DNA from: Candidatus Omnitrophota bacterium
GTDB taxonomy: Bacteria; Omnitrophota; Gorgyraeia; Zapsychrales; Fredricksoniimonadaceae
Length of the DNA: 42,771 nt
Direction of reading: 5' to 3'
Assembly (NCBI GenBank): GCA_015233335.1
Contig: JADFXX010000014.1
Span: 1 to 42,771 of the forward strand
In this document: piece after piece, positions 1-9,440 of the stretch
How the letters are laid out: each line of letters opens with the position of its first letter
Numbering within the stretch: position 1 is the first letter of the stretch
Made by a program: the position numbers and the translations under genes
Notes under the pieces: generated by a model
Told to the model about the DNA's origin: nothing
The model's database searches: none
The model's input: only the letters and a program-made list of their open reading frames with translations

Positions 1-9
1 CGATATGAG

Positions 10-87
10 TGGCGGGGTCGACGAGATTTGAACTCGCGGTCTTCAGCGTGACAAGCTGATGTGTTAACCAGACTACACCACGACCCC
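10..87 (-). tRNA. tRNA-Asp(GTC)
   Basis: Reverse complement GGGGTCGTGGTGTAGTCTGGTTAACACATCAGCTTGTCACGCTGAAGACCGCGAGTTCAAATCTCGTCGACCCCGCCA: paired acceptor stem, GTC anticodon, TTC T-loop, encoded CCA. Confidence 0.95.
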
Positions 88-109
88 TTTAATCTTCAAC
101 AGAAAAGAT

Positions 110-138
110 AGTCTAATATCCCTTCTATGCTTTGTAAA
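110..138 (-). promoter_or_regulatory. Putative sigma70 promoter for tRNA-Asp
   Basis: TTTACA-17 nt-TAGACT on the minus strand, about 20 nt upstream of tRNA-Asp. Confidence 0.5.
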
Positions 139-146
139 GAAAAAAC

Positions 147-223
147 TGGTGGGCGGTGAAGGAATTGAACCCTCGACCTTCTGAATGTAAGTCAGATGCT
201 CTAACCAGCTGAGCTAACCGCCC
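147..223 (-). tRNA. tRNA-Val(TAC)
   Basis: Reverse complement GGGCGGTTAGCTCAGCTGGTTAGAGCATCTGACTTACATTCAGAAGGTCGAGGGTTCAATTCCTTCACCGCCCACCA; TAC anticodon, encoded CCA. Confidence 0.95.
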
Positions 224-1668
224 TTTAATTCTTTATTCAAACGACTATTGAAACGGCTATAAGTAAAATAGATGATCAGCCCTATGACAAGCCATATCAA
301 AAGCCGCCACCATGTATCATGGTCCAGTGAGGTCATCATCGCCAGACACACCAAAATTCCCAAGAACGGAAAAAGAGGAAAACATGGGCACCGGTAAGCC
401 CTAATCACTTTAGGCTGAGTATAACGCAAAACCATAACTCCGGCACATACAATAATAAAAGCCAATAGTGTGCCTATAGATGTCATGTGTCCCAATTTAG
501 AAATAGGGAAGATCCCTGCAAAAAAACTCACAAAACCCATAAACAATAAATTCGACCGCCAAGGCGTACGCCACTTAGGATGGATATCTGAAAAAAGTTT
601 TGGTAAAAGTCCGTCACGCGACATAGCATAAAAAATCCGTGATTGGCCCAAGAGCATAACCAAGATCACCGATGTAAAACCCCCAATAATCCCAAGCTTG
701 ATCAAAATATGCAGCCAAGGATACGGGGTTAAATTAATAGCCGTTGCCACTGGAGCGGCATCTCCCTTCATTAATTTATAATTAAGCATGCCTGTCAGCA
801 CAAAGGAAAAAAGGATATACAGCACCGTACAAAGGACCAAAGAACCGATAATTCCTCGAGGAATATCCCTTTGAGGATGGTGCGCTTCCTGGGCTGCAGT
901 TGAGACCGTATCAAATCCGATATAGGCGAAAAAAATAATGCCTGCTGCCCGCATAATGCCGCTGAAACCGAATTCACCGAAAGTTCCGGTATTAGGAGGG
1001 ATAAAAGGCACATAATTCTGTGCTTTTATATAGTGAAAGCCTACTACAATAAAGGTCAAAACCACCGCGAGTTTAACGATCACGATCACGTCATTAACAC
1101 TTGCACTTTCCTTGATTCCCAGCATTAGCAAAAGAGAAATAAGAACGATGATCACCATTGCCGGAATATTGACCAAGCCGTGCCCCTGGGTGCCGTCAGG
1201 CAAGGTGATCACATCAAAAGGACAGGCGGCCAAGCGTACCGGAATAACGATCCCCATATCCTGCAAAAAAGATCCCACATACCTCGACCAGCTCACGGCC
1301 ACCACAGCTGATGCCACGGCATATTCCAAAACCAAATCCCAGCCTATGATCCAGGCAATAAACTCTCCCATCGTGGCATACGCATAGGTATAGGCACTGC
1401 CTGCAACCGGAATCATGGAGGCTAACTCGCTGTAGCACATCCCCGCAAAAGTGCAGCCGATCGCTGCCACAACAAAAGAAAGCACTACCGCCGGACCGGC
1501 GTTCTCCGCGGCGGCAATGCCTGTCAGAGAAAACAACCCTGCTCCGATAATGGCACCGATCCCCAAAGACACTAAATTGAGCGCCCCCAGGGAACGTTTC
1601 AATTGATATTCGCCGCCTTCGGAGGTTTCGATCAGATGCTTTATGGATTTCTTAGCAAAAATGTTCAT
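214..1668 (-). CDS. APC-superfamily amino acid permease (YhdG/YfnA-like)
   Basis: GAIIGAG TM1 motif, GSAYTYAY, FFAYIGFD TM6 motif, about 12-13 hydrophobic segments; the stop codon lies inside tRNA-Val. Confidence 0.93.
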   Translation of the reverse strand: MNIFAKKSIKHLIETSEGGEYQLKRSLGALNLVSLGIGAIIGAGLFSLTGIAAAENAGPAVVLSFVVAAIGCTFAGMCYSELASMIPVAGSAYTYAYATMGEFIAWIIGWDLVLEYAVASAVVAVSWSRYVGSFLQDMGIVIPVRLAACPFDVITLPDGTQGHGLVNIPAMVIIVLISLLLMLGIKESASVNDVIVIVKLAVVLTFIVVGFHYIKAQNYVPFIPPNTGTFGEFGFSGIMRAAGIIFFAYIGFDTVSTAAQEAHHPQRDIPRGIIGSLVLCTVLYILFSFVLTGMLNYKLMKGDAAPVATAINLTPYPWLHILIKLGIIGGFTSVILVMLLGQSRIFYAMSRDGLLPKLFSDIHPKWRTPWRSNLLFMGFVSFFAGIFPISKLGHMTSIGTLLAFIIVCAGVMVLRYTQPKVIRAYRCPCFPLFPFLGILVCLAMMTSLDHDTWWRLLIWLVIGLIIYFTYSRFNSRLNKELKGG

Positions 1669-2387
1669 CTGCTTTTTATATCCTCTAAAATCTGCACGGC
1701 AGCTGCTCGGGGCGATGATGCTTGAATAATAGGTCGACCCACCACTAAAAAATTGCTGCCTCCGGCTATGGCGGCTGCAGGTGTCGCCGCACGTTTCTGG
1801 TCATCTTGGGAAGCCCCCGCTGGCCGTATGCCCGGGGTCACGATCAAAAATTTATTCCCTAATTCCCGACGGATGACAGCCAGTTCCTCAACAGAGGCCA
1901 CAACTCCGTCCAAACCCGACTCTTTAGCTAAGCTGGCACGCTCAAGCACGGTCTTTTCTAAATTAACATCCCTCGCGGTGCTGGTCAACACAGTGACACC
2001 AACAATGAGCGGCCGAGACACTCCCAAAGCTTTAGCTTGGGTCTGTGCTGATTTTACCGCGGCCTCCATCATTTCTTTCCCGCCTGCGGTGTGCACCGTC
2101 AGCATAAACAAAGGCGCAAAACCGGAAGCATGATTTGGCGAAACGCTCAATCCTACCGCACTCTTGACGGCTGATGCGACAGTATTGGGTATATCATGAA
2201 ATTTTAAATCTAAAAAAACCTTTTTCCCCTGAGACTGTAAATAACGAGTGATAAAGGGGCCATAGGATGTGAACATCTGACTTCCGATTTTAAAAATATC
2301 GACCACATCTCCTACATCATCAATAAGTTTTCTGGCCTCTTCAAAATTATCTACATCTAAAGCCAAGATCAATTGAGCTTTGTTCAT
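1665..2387 (-). CDS. pyrF: Orotidine-5'-phosphate decarboxylase
   Basis: ILALD, FLDLKFHDIPNTV catalytic motif, TPGIRP, VVGRPI. Confidence 0.97.
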   Translation of the reverse strand: MNKAQLILALDVDNFEEARKLIDDVGDVVDIFKIGSQMFTSYGPFITRYLQSQGKKVFLDLKFHDIPNTVASAVKSAVGLSVSPNHASGFAPLFMLTVHTAGGKEMMEAAVKSAQTQAKALGVSRPLIVGVTVLTSTARDVNLEKTVLERASLAKESGLDGVVASVEELAVIRRELGNKFLIVTPGIRPAGASQDDQKRAATPAAAIAGGSNFLVVGRPIIQASSPRAAAVQILEDIKSR

Positions 2388-3292
2388 ATTTTTAAACTTC
2401 CGATGATTTCACGGATATCATCAATTTTATTTTCTTTCATATAAGCCTCAATTCCCTCTAAAACATCGATGGGCGCGCGGGGATTGACGAAATTGGCTGT
2501 CCCTACGGCCACCATCGTCGCTCCGGCAATAAGAAACTCCAGGGCATCACGGAAATTCATAATACCCCCCATCCCTATAATCGGGATTTTGACATGACGA
2601 GCAGTCCGATACACCATATAAACAGCCATGGGTCTGATCGCCGGACCTGATAGTCCTCCCGTCACATTCCCGATACGACTTTTTCTGGTCTTGATGTCAA
2701 TGGCCATGGCCGTAAATGTATTGACCAAGCTCACCGCATCTGCTCCTCCGTCTTGGGCCGCTAGCGCTATGTCAGCGATATCCGTAACATTCGGGGACAA
2801 TTTGGCAATGATAGGAAGTTTAGATACTGCTTTGATCTTTTTGACTAACTGCATAGTTGCCTGCGGATCCTGCGCCACCAGAACTTTATGCTTAAGATTA
2901 GGACAGGATAAATTCAACTCAATCGCCGCAATGCCGTCTTGCGTATTTAATTTTTCAACAATTCCCAAAAACTGTTCCTCATCTTTCCCCCAAATACTGA
3001 TGATCAACGGAACTCCAATACTCTTTAAAGCCGCCAGCTTATTCGCTAAAAAGACGTCAATCCCCGGATTTTCAATGCCAATGGCATTGATCATACCCGC
3101 AGGGGTTTCAAAAATCCGTACCGGTGGATTGCCTGTCTGGGGATAAAAAGTCACTGTCTTGGGGACAATGGCCCCCAGCTTCTTGACTTCCTCGAGGCTA
3201 TAGTAACGTTCAGTATGTCCGAAAGTCCCGGAGGCGACCGTCACGGGATTCTTGAAAGTGATGCCAGCAATTTTAACGGATAGATTCATCAA
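2384..3292 (-). CDS. pyrD: Dihydroorotate dehydrogenase B (NAD+), catalytic subunit
   Basis: NPVTVASGTFG, ELNLSCPN, KLSPN, GGLSGPAIRP; adjacent to pyrK. Confidence 0.96.
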   Translation of the reverse strand: MMNLSVKIAGITFKNPVTVASGTFGHTERYYSLEEVKKLGAIVPKTVTFYPQTGNPPVRIFETPAGMINAIGIENPGIDVFLANKLAALKSIGVPLIISIWGKDEEQFLGIVEKLNTQDGIAAIELNLSCPNLKHKVLVAQDPQATMQLVKKIKAVSKLPIIAKLSPNVTDIADIALAAQDGGADAVSLVNTFTAMAIDIKTRKSRIGNVTGGLSGPAIRPMAVYMVYRTARHVKIPIIGMGGIMNFRDALEFLIAGATMVAVGTANFVNPRAPIDVLEGIEAYMKENKIDDIREIIGSLKI

Positions 3293-4065
3293 TGAAAAAT
3301 AACCTCATCTAAATTAAATGCCGGACCGTCATGGCAAACAGTTTTATACCCATTTTTGGTTTCAATCGCACAACCCAAGCAAGCGCCCAGGCCGCAGGCC
3401 ATCATTTCTTCGCAGGCAACTTGGCCTAAAATATTGTGTTTAACCGCAAAAGTCTGTACTGCTTTGAGCATAGGATTAGGTCCGCAGGTATAAATAAATG
3501 TACGGGCAGGGTCTTTTTCGATCTTATCAAATAAAACGCTGACCCGGCCGCGGACACCCACCGATCCATCCTCTGTCGCCACATGAACTTTGACCCCATT
3601 ATCTTTGAACTCTTTCATTGGATAGACACAGTCACGGCTGCGGGCACCATACAATAAGACCAGTTCACATTTTTTCTTTTTTAACACATCGGAAAGAATA
3701 AGCATGGGTGCCACACCTATGCCCCCGGCGATCAATATGACCTGTTTCGTGCTCTGTGGAGGCATTTCAAATGGTGTCCCCAAAGGGCCTAAAACATCAA
3801 CCATGTCCCCTTTTTTCTTTAAGGAAAGCAGTTTTGTGCCGCGTCCCACCTGGGCATAAAATATCTCGACGTATTTCTGGGCTCTATATACGCTGAAGGG
3901 GCGTCTGAAAAAGGGCTGCAGACCTTCTTCATCGCAACGTATATGAACAAACTGGCCTGGTCTCACCTCTGCGGCCAGTTCTTGGGCATCAAAAACCATA
4001 TGCCAATACTGTGGGCAAAGACTTTCGTTAACGAGGACTTTATATTTATTTTGTATCTTTTTCAT
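3289..4065 (-). CDS. pyrK: Dihydroorotate dehydrogenase electron-transfer subunit
   Basis: PGQF, RRPFS, GGIGVAP, CGP, MACGLGACLGC...C [2Fe-2S] motif. Confidence 0.96.
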   Translation of the reverse strand: MKKIQNKYKVLVNESLCPQYWHMVFDAQELAAEVRPGQFVHIRCDEEGLQPFFRRPFSVYRAQKYVEIFYAQVGRGTKLLSLKKKGDMVDVLGPLGTPFEMPPQSTKQVILIAGGIGVAPMLILSDVLKKKKCELVLLYGARSRDCVYPMKEFKDNGVKVHVATEDGSVGVRGRVSVLFDKIEKDPARTFIYTCGPNPMLKAVQTFAVKHNILGQVACEEMMACGLGACLGCAIETKNGYKTVCHDGPAFNLDEVIFH

Positions 4066-4089
4066 AAATAAAATATTCCCAGTATATCA

Positions 4090-4896
4090 TTATTTCTGAC
4101 AACGCGCACAATAAAATGTGCTCCTTGAGGACTGGGCTATTCGTTCGATCAACGCATGACATTTCAGACAATCCAATCCCTCCCGGCCATAGACTGCCAG
4201 GCGTTGATTAAAATTCCCTTTTTGACCTGTTCCGTCACGGTAATTGCGTACGGAAGATCCCCTGTGCTTGATCGCTTCTTCCAAAACGTCAATGATCTGG
4301 TGATAAATAACATCCGCCTCCTGAGCACTTATTTGACAGGTCAAACGCTTTGGTGAGATGCCGCTGCGAAAAAGGATCTCACAGGCGTAAATATTGCCTA
4401 TCCCCGCAACAAAAGTGTGGTCTAACAACAGGCTTTTGATAGGACGCGCTGATTTTTTAAAGTATTTCTGAACATACAAGGAGTTAAATTCTTTAGAAAA
4501 CGGTTCCGGCCCCAAAATGTTAAAATATTTAATTTCGTTTAAATTCTTAACGATTTGCAAACGTCCGAACCTCCGCTGGTCATTGTATAATAACTTGCCC
4601 CCGTCTAAAAAAGTGAACGTGACCCTCGTGTGTCGATTGCTGTCCGCATTAAATATCAATTGTCCCGTCATCATCAATTGGACGACCAAAATCTCTCGTG
4701 AGCCCAGATGAATGACCACAGCTTTCCCCCGTCGGATGATCTTTTTAATGGTTTGCCCTGCCAATTGTTGGATAAATTTCCGCTTAGGCCCCAAAAGCAC
4801 CAAAGCATCGTGGACAATCACATCAGAAAAAGTCTTATTAAAAAGGGATTTGCTTAAATCACTGACAATAGTTTGGACTTCCGGAAGTTCAGGCAT
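4090..4896 (-). CDS. mutM: Formamidopyrimidine-DNA glycosylase
   Basis: True start MPELPEV at 4896 (catalytic Pro2); LGPEP, GIGNIYACE H2TH motif, C-terminal CxxC...CxxCQ zinc finger. Confidence 0.96.
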   Translation of the reverse strand: MPELPEVQTIVSDLSKSLFNKTFSDVIVHDALVLLGPKRKFIQQLAGQTIKKIIRRGKAVVIHLGSREILVVQLMMTGQLIFNADSNRHTRVTFTFLDGGKLLYNDQRRFGRLQIVKNLNEIKYFNILGPEPFSKEFNSLYVQKYFKKSARPIKSLLLDHTFVAGIGNIYACEILFRSGISPKRLTCQISAQEADVIYHQIIDVLEEAIKHRGSSVRNYRDGTGQKGNFNQRLAVYGREGLDCLKCHALIERIAQSSRSTFYCARCQK

Positions 4897-5362
4897 CTTG
4901 CAGCTTTTTAATAATTTTTTTGATCTTATCCTTGGCCTCAGAAACATTCTTAGCAGGGATCATGCCCTTCATGTTCCACCTGCCTAAATCAATGACCGGC
5001 CGTTTATAAACCAACCCGTAACAAATTTCAGAGTTAGTGCCAAAACTCCCGGGGAGCGCAATAATGATATCCGCCGAACAAGCCACCATGGCGTTACGGG
5101 CATATCCGATCGTCGTAGGCAATGCAATATCAATATACGAATTGGCATCAATTTTATTTTTCCCCGGCAAAAGGCCGATCGTCAGTCCCCCAGCCATTTG
5201 TGCCCCTTGGGCAGCCGCTTCCATGGCCCCGCCTAATCCCCCACAAACAAGGACACAGCCTAATTCGGCGACCATCCCTCCGACAGATTCTGCTAAAACC
5301 TTAACCTTAGGAGTGATTTTACTCCCCCCGATGACAGAAATAGTGATTTTTTGTTTTCGCAT
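4889..5362 (-). CDS. LOG-family (TIGR00725-type) nucleotide-binding protein
   Basis: ISVIGG, VCGGLGGAMEAA, ARN, PGSFGTNSE; start at 5362 preceded by a GAGGT Shine-Dalgarno. Confidence 0.88.
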   Translation of the reverse strand: MRKQKITISVIGGSKITPKVKVLAESVGGMVAELGCVLVCGGLGGAMEAAAQGAQMAGGLTIGLLPGKNKIDANSYIDIALPTTIGYARNAMVACSADIIIALPGSFGTNSEICYGLVYKRPVIDLGRWNMKGMIPAKNVSEAKDKIKKIIKKLQDA

Positions 5363-5364
5363 AA

Positions 5365-6567
5365 TTACCTCGATTCCCAACGTACAAGTTTTCTCCAGTT
5401 TTCTTCAACCTCTTTGGTGTATATGTCATATTCTGGACCGACGGAGCGTAGATGAGCTTCTTCTGTTTTGGCCCTTAGATAATATACTCCGACCAACAAG
5501 CTCCAGAGAATACAATTACGAATGATAGTTATAAAATTGTGCCCGATAAAAGGAACATACATCAAGAAAAATGAGCTCAATTTACCGATATACGCCGGAT
5601 GACGTAAATACGCATACGGCCCGCAAACTAAAATCCCTCTGTGGGTTAGATTAGAAAAACGGCTGCCGAATGAAATTGTTGCCCAAACATAGAGGATCAA
5701 ACACAGAACAATTAAACAAGCCCAGAAAATTTGCAAATGAGGATGCCCCACAAGCCATGATCCCCAATTGCTCCCGTAAGTCAAATAACTTGAACCGATG
5801 GTCGTCCAAAAAGGTTCATAACATATTAACGTACAGACCCACCCAAGCATGGTCGGCTCTGATGAGCGGATATGCGTATCAATTAAATTGTTCGCAAAAA
5901 TGTATCCCACACAAACAAATGCGGTATCAATAAAGAAAATAATATTATAAAGCGTATTATATGTCCCAAAAACACCGTCAAAATTAAAACTAAAACAGTT
6001 ATAATTGACTAAATAGACAAACATGAGCGGCAGGAAATATATTTTTATAAGCCACCCTAAAATGTGCTGTTTTAAGTTTATATTTTTTAATGACTTAAGA
6101 TTAATATAAAAAAAGGCTTTAGCAATCCAATAGTTCGCATCTTCGTGTTCATCACTGCGCGGGTCTTCCCATACTATACAAAAAATAAAAAAAGCGGCCA
6201 AATAGGGCCATGTCGACGCTAACGCTTGAAAATACGGCTTATAAAAATCATCATAATATTCAGGGAATATCCAATACGCAGAAGATAGGCATGCTATGGT
6301 TATGATCAAGCCTGCTATCTTAAAAAATATACGCCCTGTATCAACCTTTCGCTTAAGTGCTGCCCCTATCAATCCAAAATTCCCGCGAAGACACAAAAAA
6401 GCTTCAACACAAAACATCGCAACAAATAAAACTCCAATGAGGATCGCGGCCTGCAGATTAAGCTCAACACTGCCCTGATGCAAGAACCATGAAGAAACAA
6501 GAAGTGCGCCTAAACCACACCATCCGGGCCACGTTGTTCTTACCAGGTTTTGGGTCTTAACTGACAT
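5365..6567 (-). CDS. Isoprenylcysteine carboxyl methyltransferase/PEMT-like integral membrane protein
   Basis: Multiple TM segments; C-terminal FSNLTHRG...GPYAYLRHPAY...RAKTEEAHL motif; start moved to MSVK (6567) because the ORF-track start lies inside tRNA-Arg. Confidence 0.82.
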   Translation of the reverse strand: MSVKTQNLVRTTWPGWCGLGALLVSSWFLHQGSVELNLQAAILIGVLFVAMFCVEAFLCLRGNFGLIGAALKRKVDTGRIFFKIAGLIITIACLSSAYWIFPEYYDDFYKPYFQALASTWPYLAAFFIFCIVWEDPRSDEHEDANYWIAKAFFYINLKSLKNINLKQHILGWLIKIYFLPLMFVYLVNYNCFSFNFDGVFGTYNTLYNIIFFIDTAFVCVGYIFANNLIDTHIRSSEPTMLGWVCTLICYEPFWTTIGSSYLTYGSNWGSWLVGHPHLQIFWACLIVLCLILYVWATISFGSRFSNLTHRGILVCGPYAYLRHPAYIGKLSSFFLMYVPFIGHNFITIIRNCILWSLLVGVYYLRAKTEEAHLRSVGPEYDIYTKEVEENWRKLVRWESR

Positions 6568-6579
6568 AGGAAAATATAA

Positions 6580-6651
6580 CGCGCCCGGCGGGAGTCGAAC
6601 CTGCATGAACAGCTCCGGAGGCTGTTGCCTTATCCATTAGGCCACGGGCGC
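6580..6651 (-). tRNA. tRNA-Arg(CCG), CCA not encoded
   Basis: Reverse complement GCGCCCGTGGCCTAATGGATAAGGCAACAGCCTCCGGAGCTGTTCATGCAGGTTCGACTCCCGCCGGGCGCG; CCG anticodon, GGTTCGA T-arm. Confidence 0.92.
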
Positions 6652-7926
6652 AAATTGGTAGACCACCTTACCGCCGCAGAGGGTGTATTCTACTCTTCCT
6701 TTAAGCTTTCGTCCGATAAAAGGCGAGTTTTTTCCTTTGGAGACAAATCCTTCCCGGGTCACTGTCCATTCACAGTCAGGATCAATAATTGTAATATCGG
6801 CATCAAAACCCGGCTTGATCGTCCCTTTATTGGATAGTCCGATCAGACGGGCAGGAGTGCTGGACATTTTATCAACCATTTTAGGCAAGTCAATGACCTT
6901 CGCATGGACCAATTCAGTCATGGCAAGGCCAAGTGACGTCTCAAGGCCAATAAGCCCAAACGGCGCCCCGTCAAATCCGACCTCTTTATCTTCCTTGGTA
7001 TGCGGCGCGTGATCCGTCACAATGCAGTCTATAGTCCCGTCAGCAATGGCTTGTTTGATCGCATCCACATCCTCTTGCGAACGCAAAGGAGGACTGACCT
7101 TGGTGGCTGTATCAAAACAAGCACATGCCTCGTCGGTCAGGGTAAAATGATGGGGACACGCCTCGGCTGTCACCTTGATCCCCTGAGATTTGGCAAATCG
7201 TATGAGTTCACAGGAACGTTTAAGAGACATATGGGCCAGATGTACCCGGGCATTCAGATAAAGAGCGATCTCAATATCACGCGCCACCGTCACTGTTTCG
7301 GAAATGCCCGGATCTCCTTTTAAACCTATTCTCGTTGATACCACTCCTTCGTTCATAACCCCACCGGCGCTAAGCAGAGGGTCCTGGCAGTGTTCGATGA
7401 TGAGAACATCCAGCATTTTGGCATATTCCATGGCGAGCCTGAAAAGCCGGCTGTTGATCACAGATTTACCGTCATCGGAGAACGCCCGGCAGCCCGCAGT
7501 TTTAAGTTCCGCCATATCCGTCAATTCCCCGTCTTGCTGGCCCTTGGTGATGGCACCGATAGGATAAACATTGCACAACCCTACACGCTGGGCCTCTCTG
7601 ATGATAAATTCGACAACCATGGCATTATCAATGACGGGATTGGTATTGGGCATGCACATGATGGAAGTAAAACCGCCCTTGACGGCCGCGCGTGATCCTG
7701 TTTCGATCGTTTCCTTATCCTCACGGCCCGGCTGGCGCAGATGTGTGTGAATATCAATCAGTCCCGGTAGGACTTTTTTGCCTGCGGCATTGATGATCTG
7801 ATGGTTTTCCGACGGCAGGCTGGGGGCAATTTGGACGATCTTGCCATCAACACATAGAATGTCCTGAAGGTTATCCCAAATTTTATCCGCATTAACAATG
7901 GTGGCATTTTTGATCAATAGTCCCAT
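6637..7926 (-). CDS. pyrC: Dihydroorotase (type I)
   Basis: PGLIDIHTHLRQPG, MPNTNP, EACPHH, TDHAPH. Confidence 0.97.
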   Translation of the reverse strand: MGLLIKNATIVNADKIWDNLQDILCVDGKIVQIAPSLPSENHQIINAAGKKVLPGLIDIHTHLRQPGREDKETIETGSRAAVKGGFTSIMCMPNTNPVIDNAMVVEFIIREAQRVGLCNVYPIGAITKGQQDGELTDMAELKTAGCRAFSDDGKSVINSRLFRLAMEYAKMLDVLIIEHCQDPLLSAGGVMNEGVVSTRIGLKGDPGISETVTVARDIEIALYLNARVHLAHMSLKRSCELIRFAKSQGIKVTAEACPHHFTLTDEACACFDTATKVSPPLRSQEDVDAIKQAIADGTIDCIVTDHAPHTKEDKEVGFDGAPFGLIGLETSLGLAMTELVHAKVIDLPKMVDKMSSTPARLIGLSNKGTIKPGFDADITIIDPDCEWTVTREGFVSKGKNSPFIGRKLKGRVEYTLCGGKVVYQFAPVA

Positions 7927-7929
7927 AAA

Positions 7930-8856
7930 TTACTCCGTTTTTGTCCCAAGCACCAAATATAATACCGCCATACGCACGGCGACACCATTGGTCACCTGCT
8001 CCAAGATAACCGACTGTTTGCCGTCGGCAACATCAGCAGATAGCTCAACCCCGCGATTGGTCGGCCCCGGATGCATGACGATCAAATGGCTGTTAGCGTC
8101 ATTAAGTTTAGCCTGATTTATACCGAACAATCTGGAATATTCGCGCATAGAAGGCAGGAACTTGTCCTGCTGGCGTTCCTTTTGCAGGCGAAGGGCGATC
8201 AATGCATCTGACTCTTTCAAAACTTTTTTTAGATCATAACAGACTTGAACGCCCATCTCTTCAATACCGCGCGGCATCAACGTCGCTGGTCCGCACACCG
8301 TCACATGAGCGCCCAGCTTGGTCAATCCCCAAATATTCGAACGCGCCACTCTTGAGTGTAAAATATCCCCGACTATGCCGACTTTCAGTCCTTCAATGCG
8401 GCCGAATTTTTCTTGCAAGGTGAACATATCCAAAAGCGCCTGTGTCGGATGTTCGCGGCAGCCGTCCCCGGCATTGACCACCGAGCATTTAAGGCCTTCC
8501 GCCAGGATAAAAACCGATCCTGACAAAGAATGACGCACTACCATGGCATCGACATTCATGGCTTCAATATTGCGAGCAGTATCAAGCAAAGTCTCACCCT
8601 TGCTAGTCGATGACACATTCACAGCGATATTCAGCGTATCTGCCGAAAGGCGCTTGGCTGCCAGTTCAAAAGAAATGCGCGTGCGGGTGGATGGCTCAAA
8701 AAACAAAGTGACAACTGTCTTGCCGCGTAAAGCCGGCACTTTCTTGATATCGCGGCTGGAGACTTCCTTAAATGATTTAGCGGTTTCTAAAATAAGCTCA
8801 ATATCCTGACGACTTAGATCCTGCAGACCCAAAAGATGTTTATGTTCCCACGCCAT
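7930..8856 (-). CDS. pyrB: Aspartate carbamoyltransferase catalytic subunit
   Basis: FFEPSTRTR, HPTQALLD, GDILHSRVARS, HPGP. Confidence 0.98.
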   Translation of the reverse strand: MAWEHKHLLGLQDLSRQDIELILETAKSFKEVSSRDIKKVPALRGKTVVTLFFEPSTRTRISFELAAKRLSADTLNIAVNVSSTSKGETLLDTARNIEAMNVDAMVVRHSLSGSVFILAEGLKCSVVNAGDGCREHPTQALLDMFTLQEKFGRIEGLKVGIVGDILHSRVARSNIWGLTKLGAHVTVCGPATLMPRGIEEMGVQVCYDLKKVLKESDALIALRLQKERQQDKFLPSMREYSRLFGINQAKLNDANSHLIVMHPGPTNRGVELSADVADGKQSVILEQVTNGVAVRMAVLYLVLGTKTE

Positions 8857-8860
8857 AAGT

Positions 8861-9394
8861 TTAGTCCTCCACCATCACTTCGTCTTCTTTTCCGTCTGAC
8901 TCCCCCAAAACCACCCGCACATTCTGACTTTTTGATGTTGGTATATTTTTCCCAACATAATCCGCTCGTATCGGCAATTCGCGATGGCCCCGGTCAATGA
9001 GCACAGCTAACTGGATGATCGCAGGCCTGCCAAAATCAACCAAGGCATCTAAGGCCGCACGGATAGTGCGTCCGGTAAAAAACACATCGTCCACCAAAAC
9101 AATTTTCCTATCGTTAATATCAAAATCAATAGAGGTTGGGCGCACCACGGGTGTTTTGCCGACTAAGGTCAGATCATCGCGGTAAAGGGTAATGTCCAAG
9201 ATCCCCATAGGCACATCCACTCCCTTGATATCTTTAAGCACCTTTTTAAGACGCTGGGCCAAAACTACCCCGCGGGTGCGTATCCCCATTAATACAAGAT
9301 CATCCACATCTTTATTTTTCTCTAGGATTTCATGGGCCATGCGCAAGATCGCCCTGCGCACAGCTTCCTGATCCATAATTTTTACGGCTGACAT
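8861..9394 (-). CDS. pyrR: Pyrimidine operon attenuator / uracil phosphoribosyltransferase PyrR
   Basis: [50 protein letters not shown]. Confidence 0.97.
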   Translation of the reverse strand: MSAVKIMDQEAVRRAILRMAHEILEKNKDVDDLVLMGIRTRGVVLAQRLKKVLKDIKGVDVPMGILDITLYRDDLTLVGKTPVVRPTSIDFDINDRKIVLVDDVFFTGRTIRAALDALVDFGRPAIIQLAVLIDRGHRELPIRADYVGKNIPTSKSQNVRVVLGESDGKEDEVMVED

Positions 9395-9440
9395 CCTGCT
9401 CCTCCAGATTCCTTTACTCTTACGATCTGCTTTGCTTGTC

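Noticed and set aside
4897-4947. N-terminal extension of MutM
   Set aside because: Fpg needs Pro2 as the N-terminal nucleophile; the extension overlaps the upstream gene.
6568-6606. ORF-track N-terminus MQVRLPPGALYFP of the ICMT-like gene
   Set aside because: It is mostly a translation of the tRNA-Arg T-arm and acceptor stem; the ATG at 6567 is more plausible.
5365-6651. Integrative element or prophage at tRNA-Arg
   Set aside because: No integrase, and I saw no duplicated tRNA 3' end (att site).
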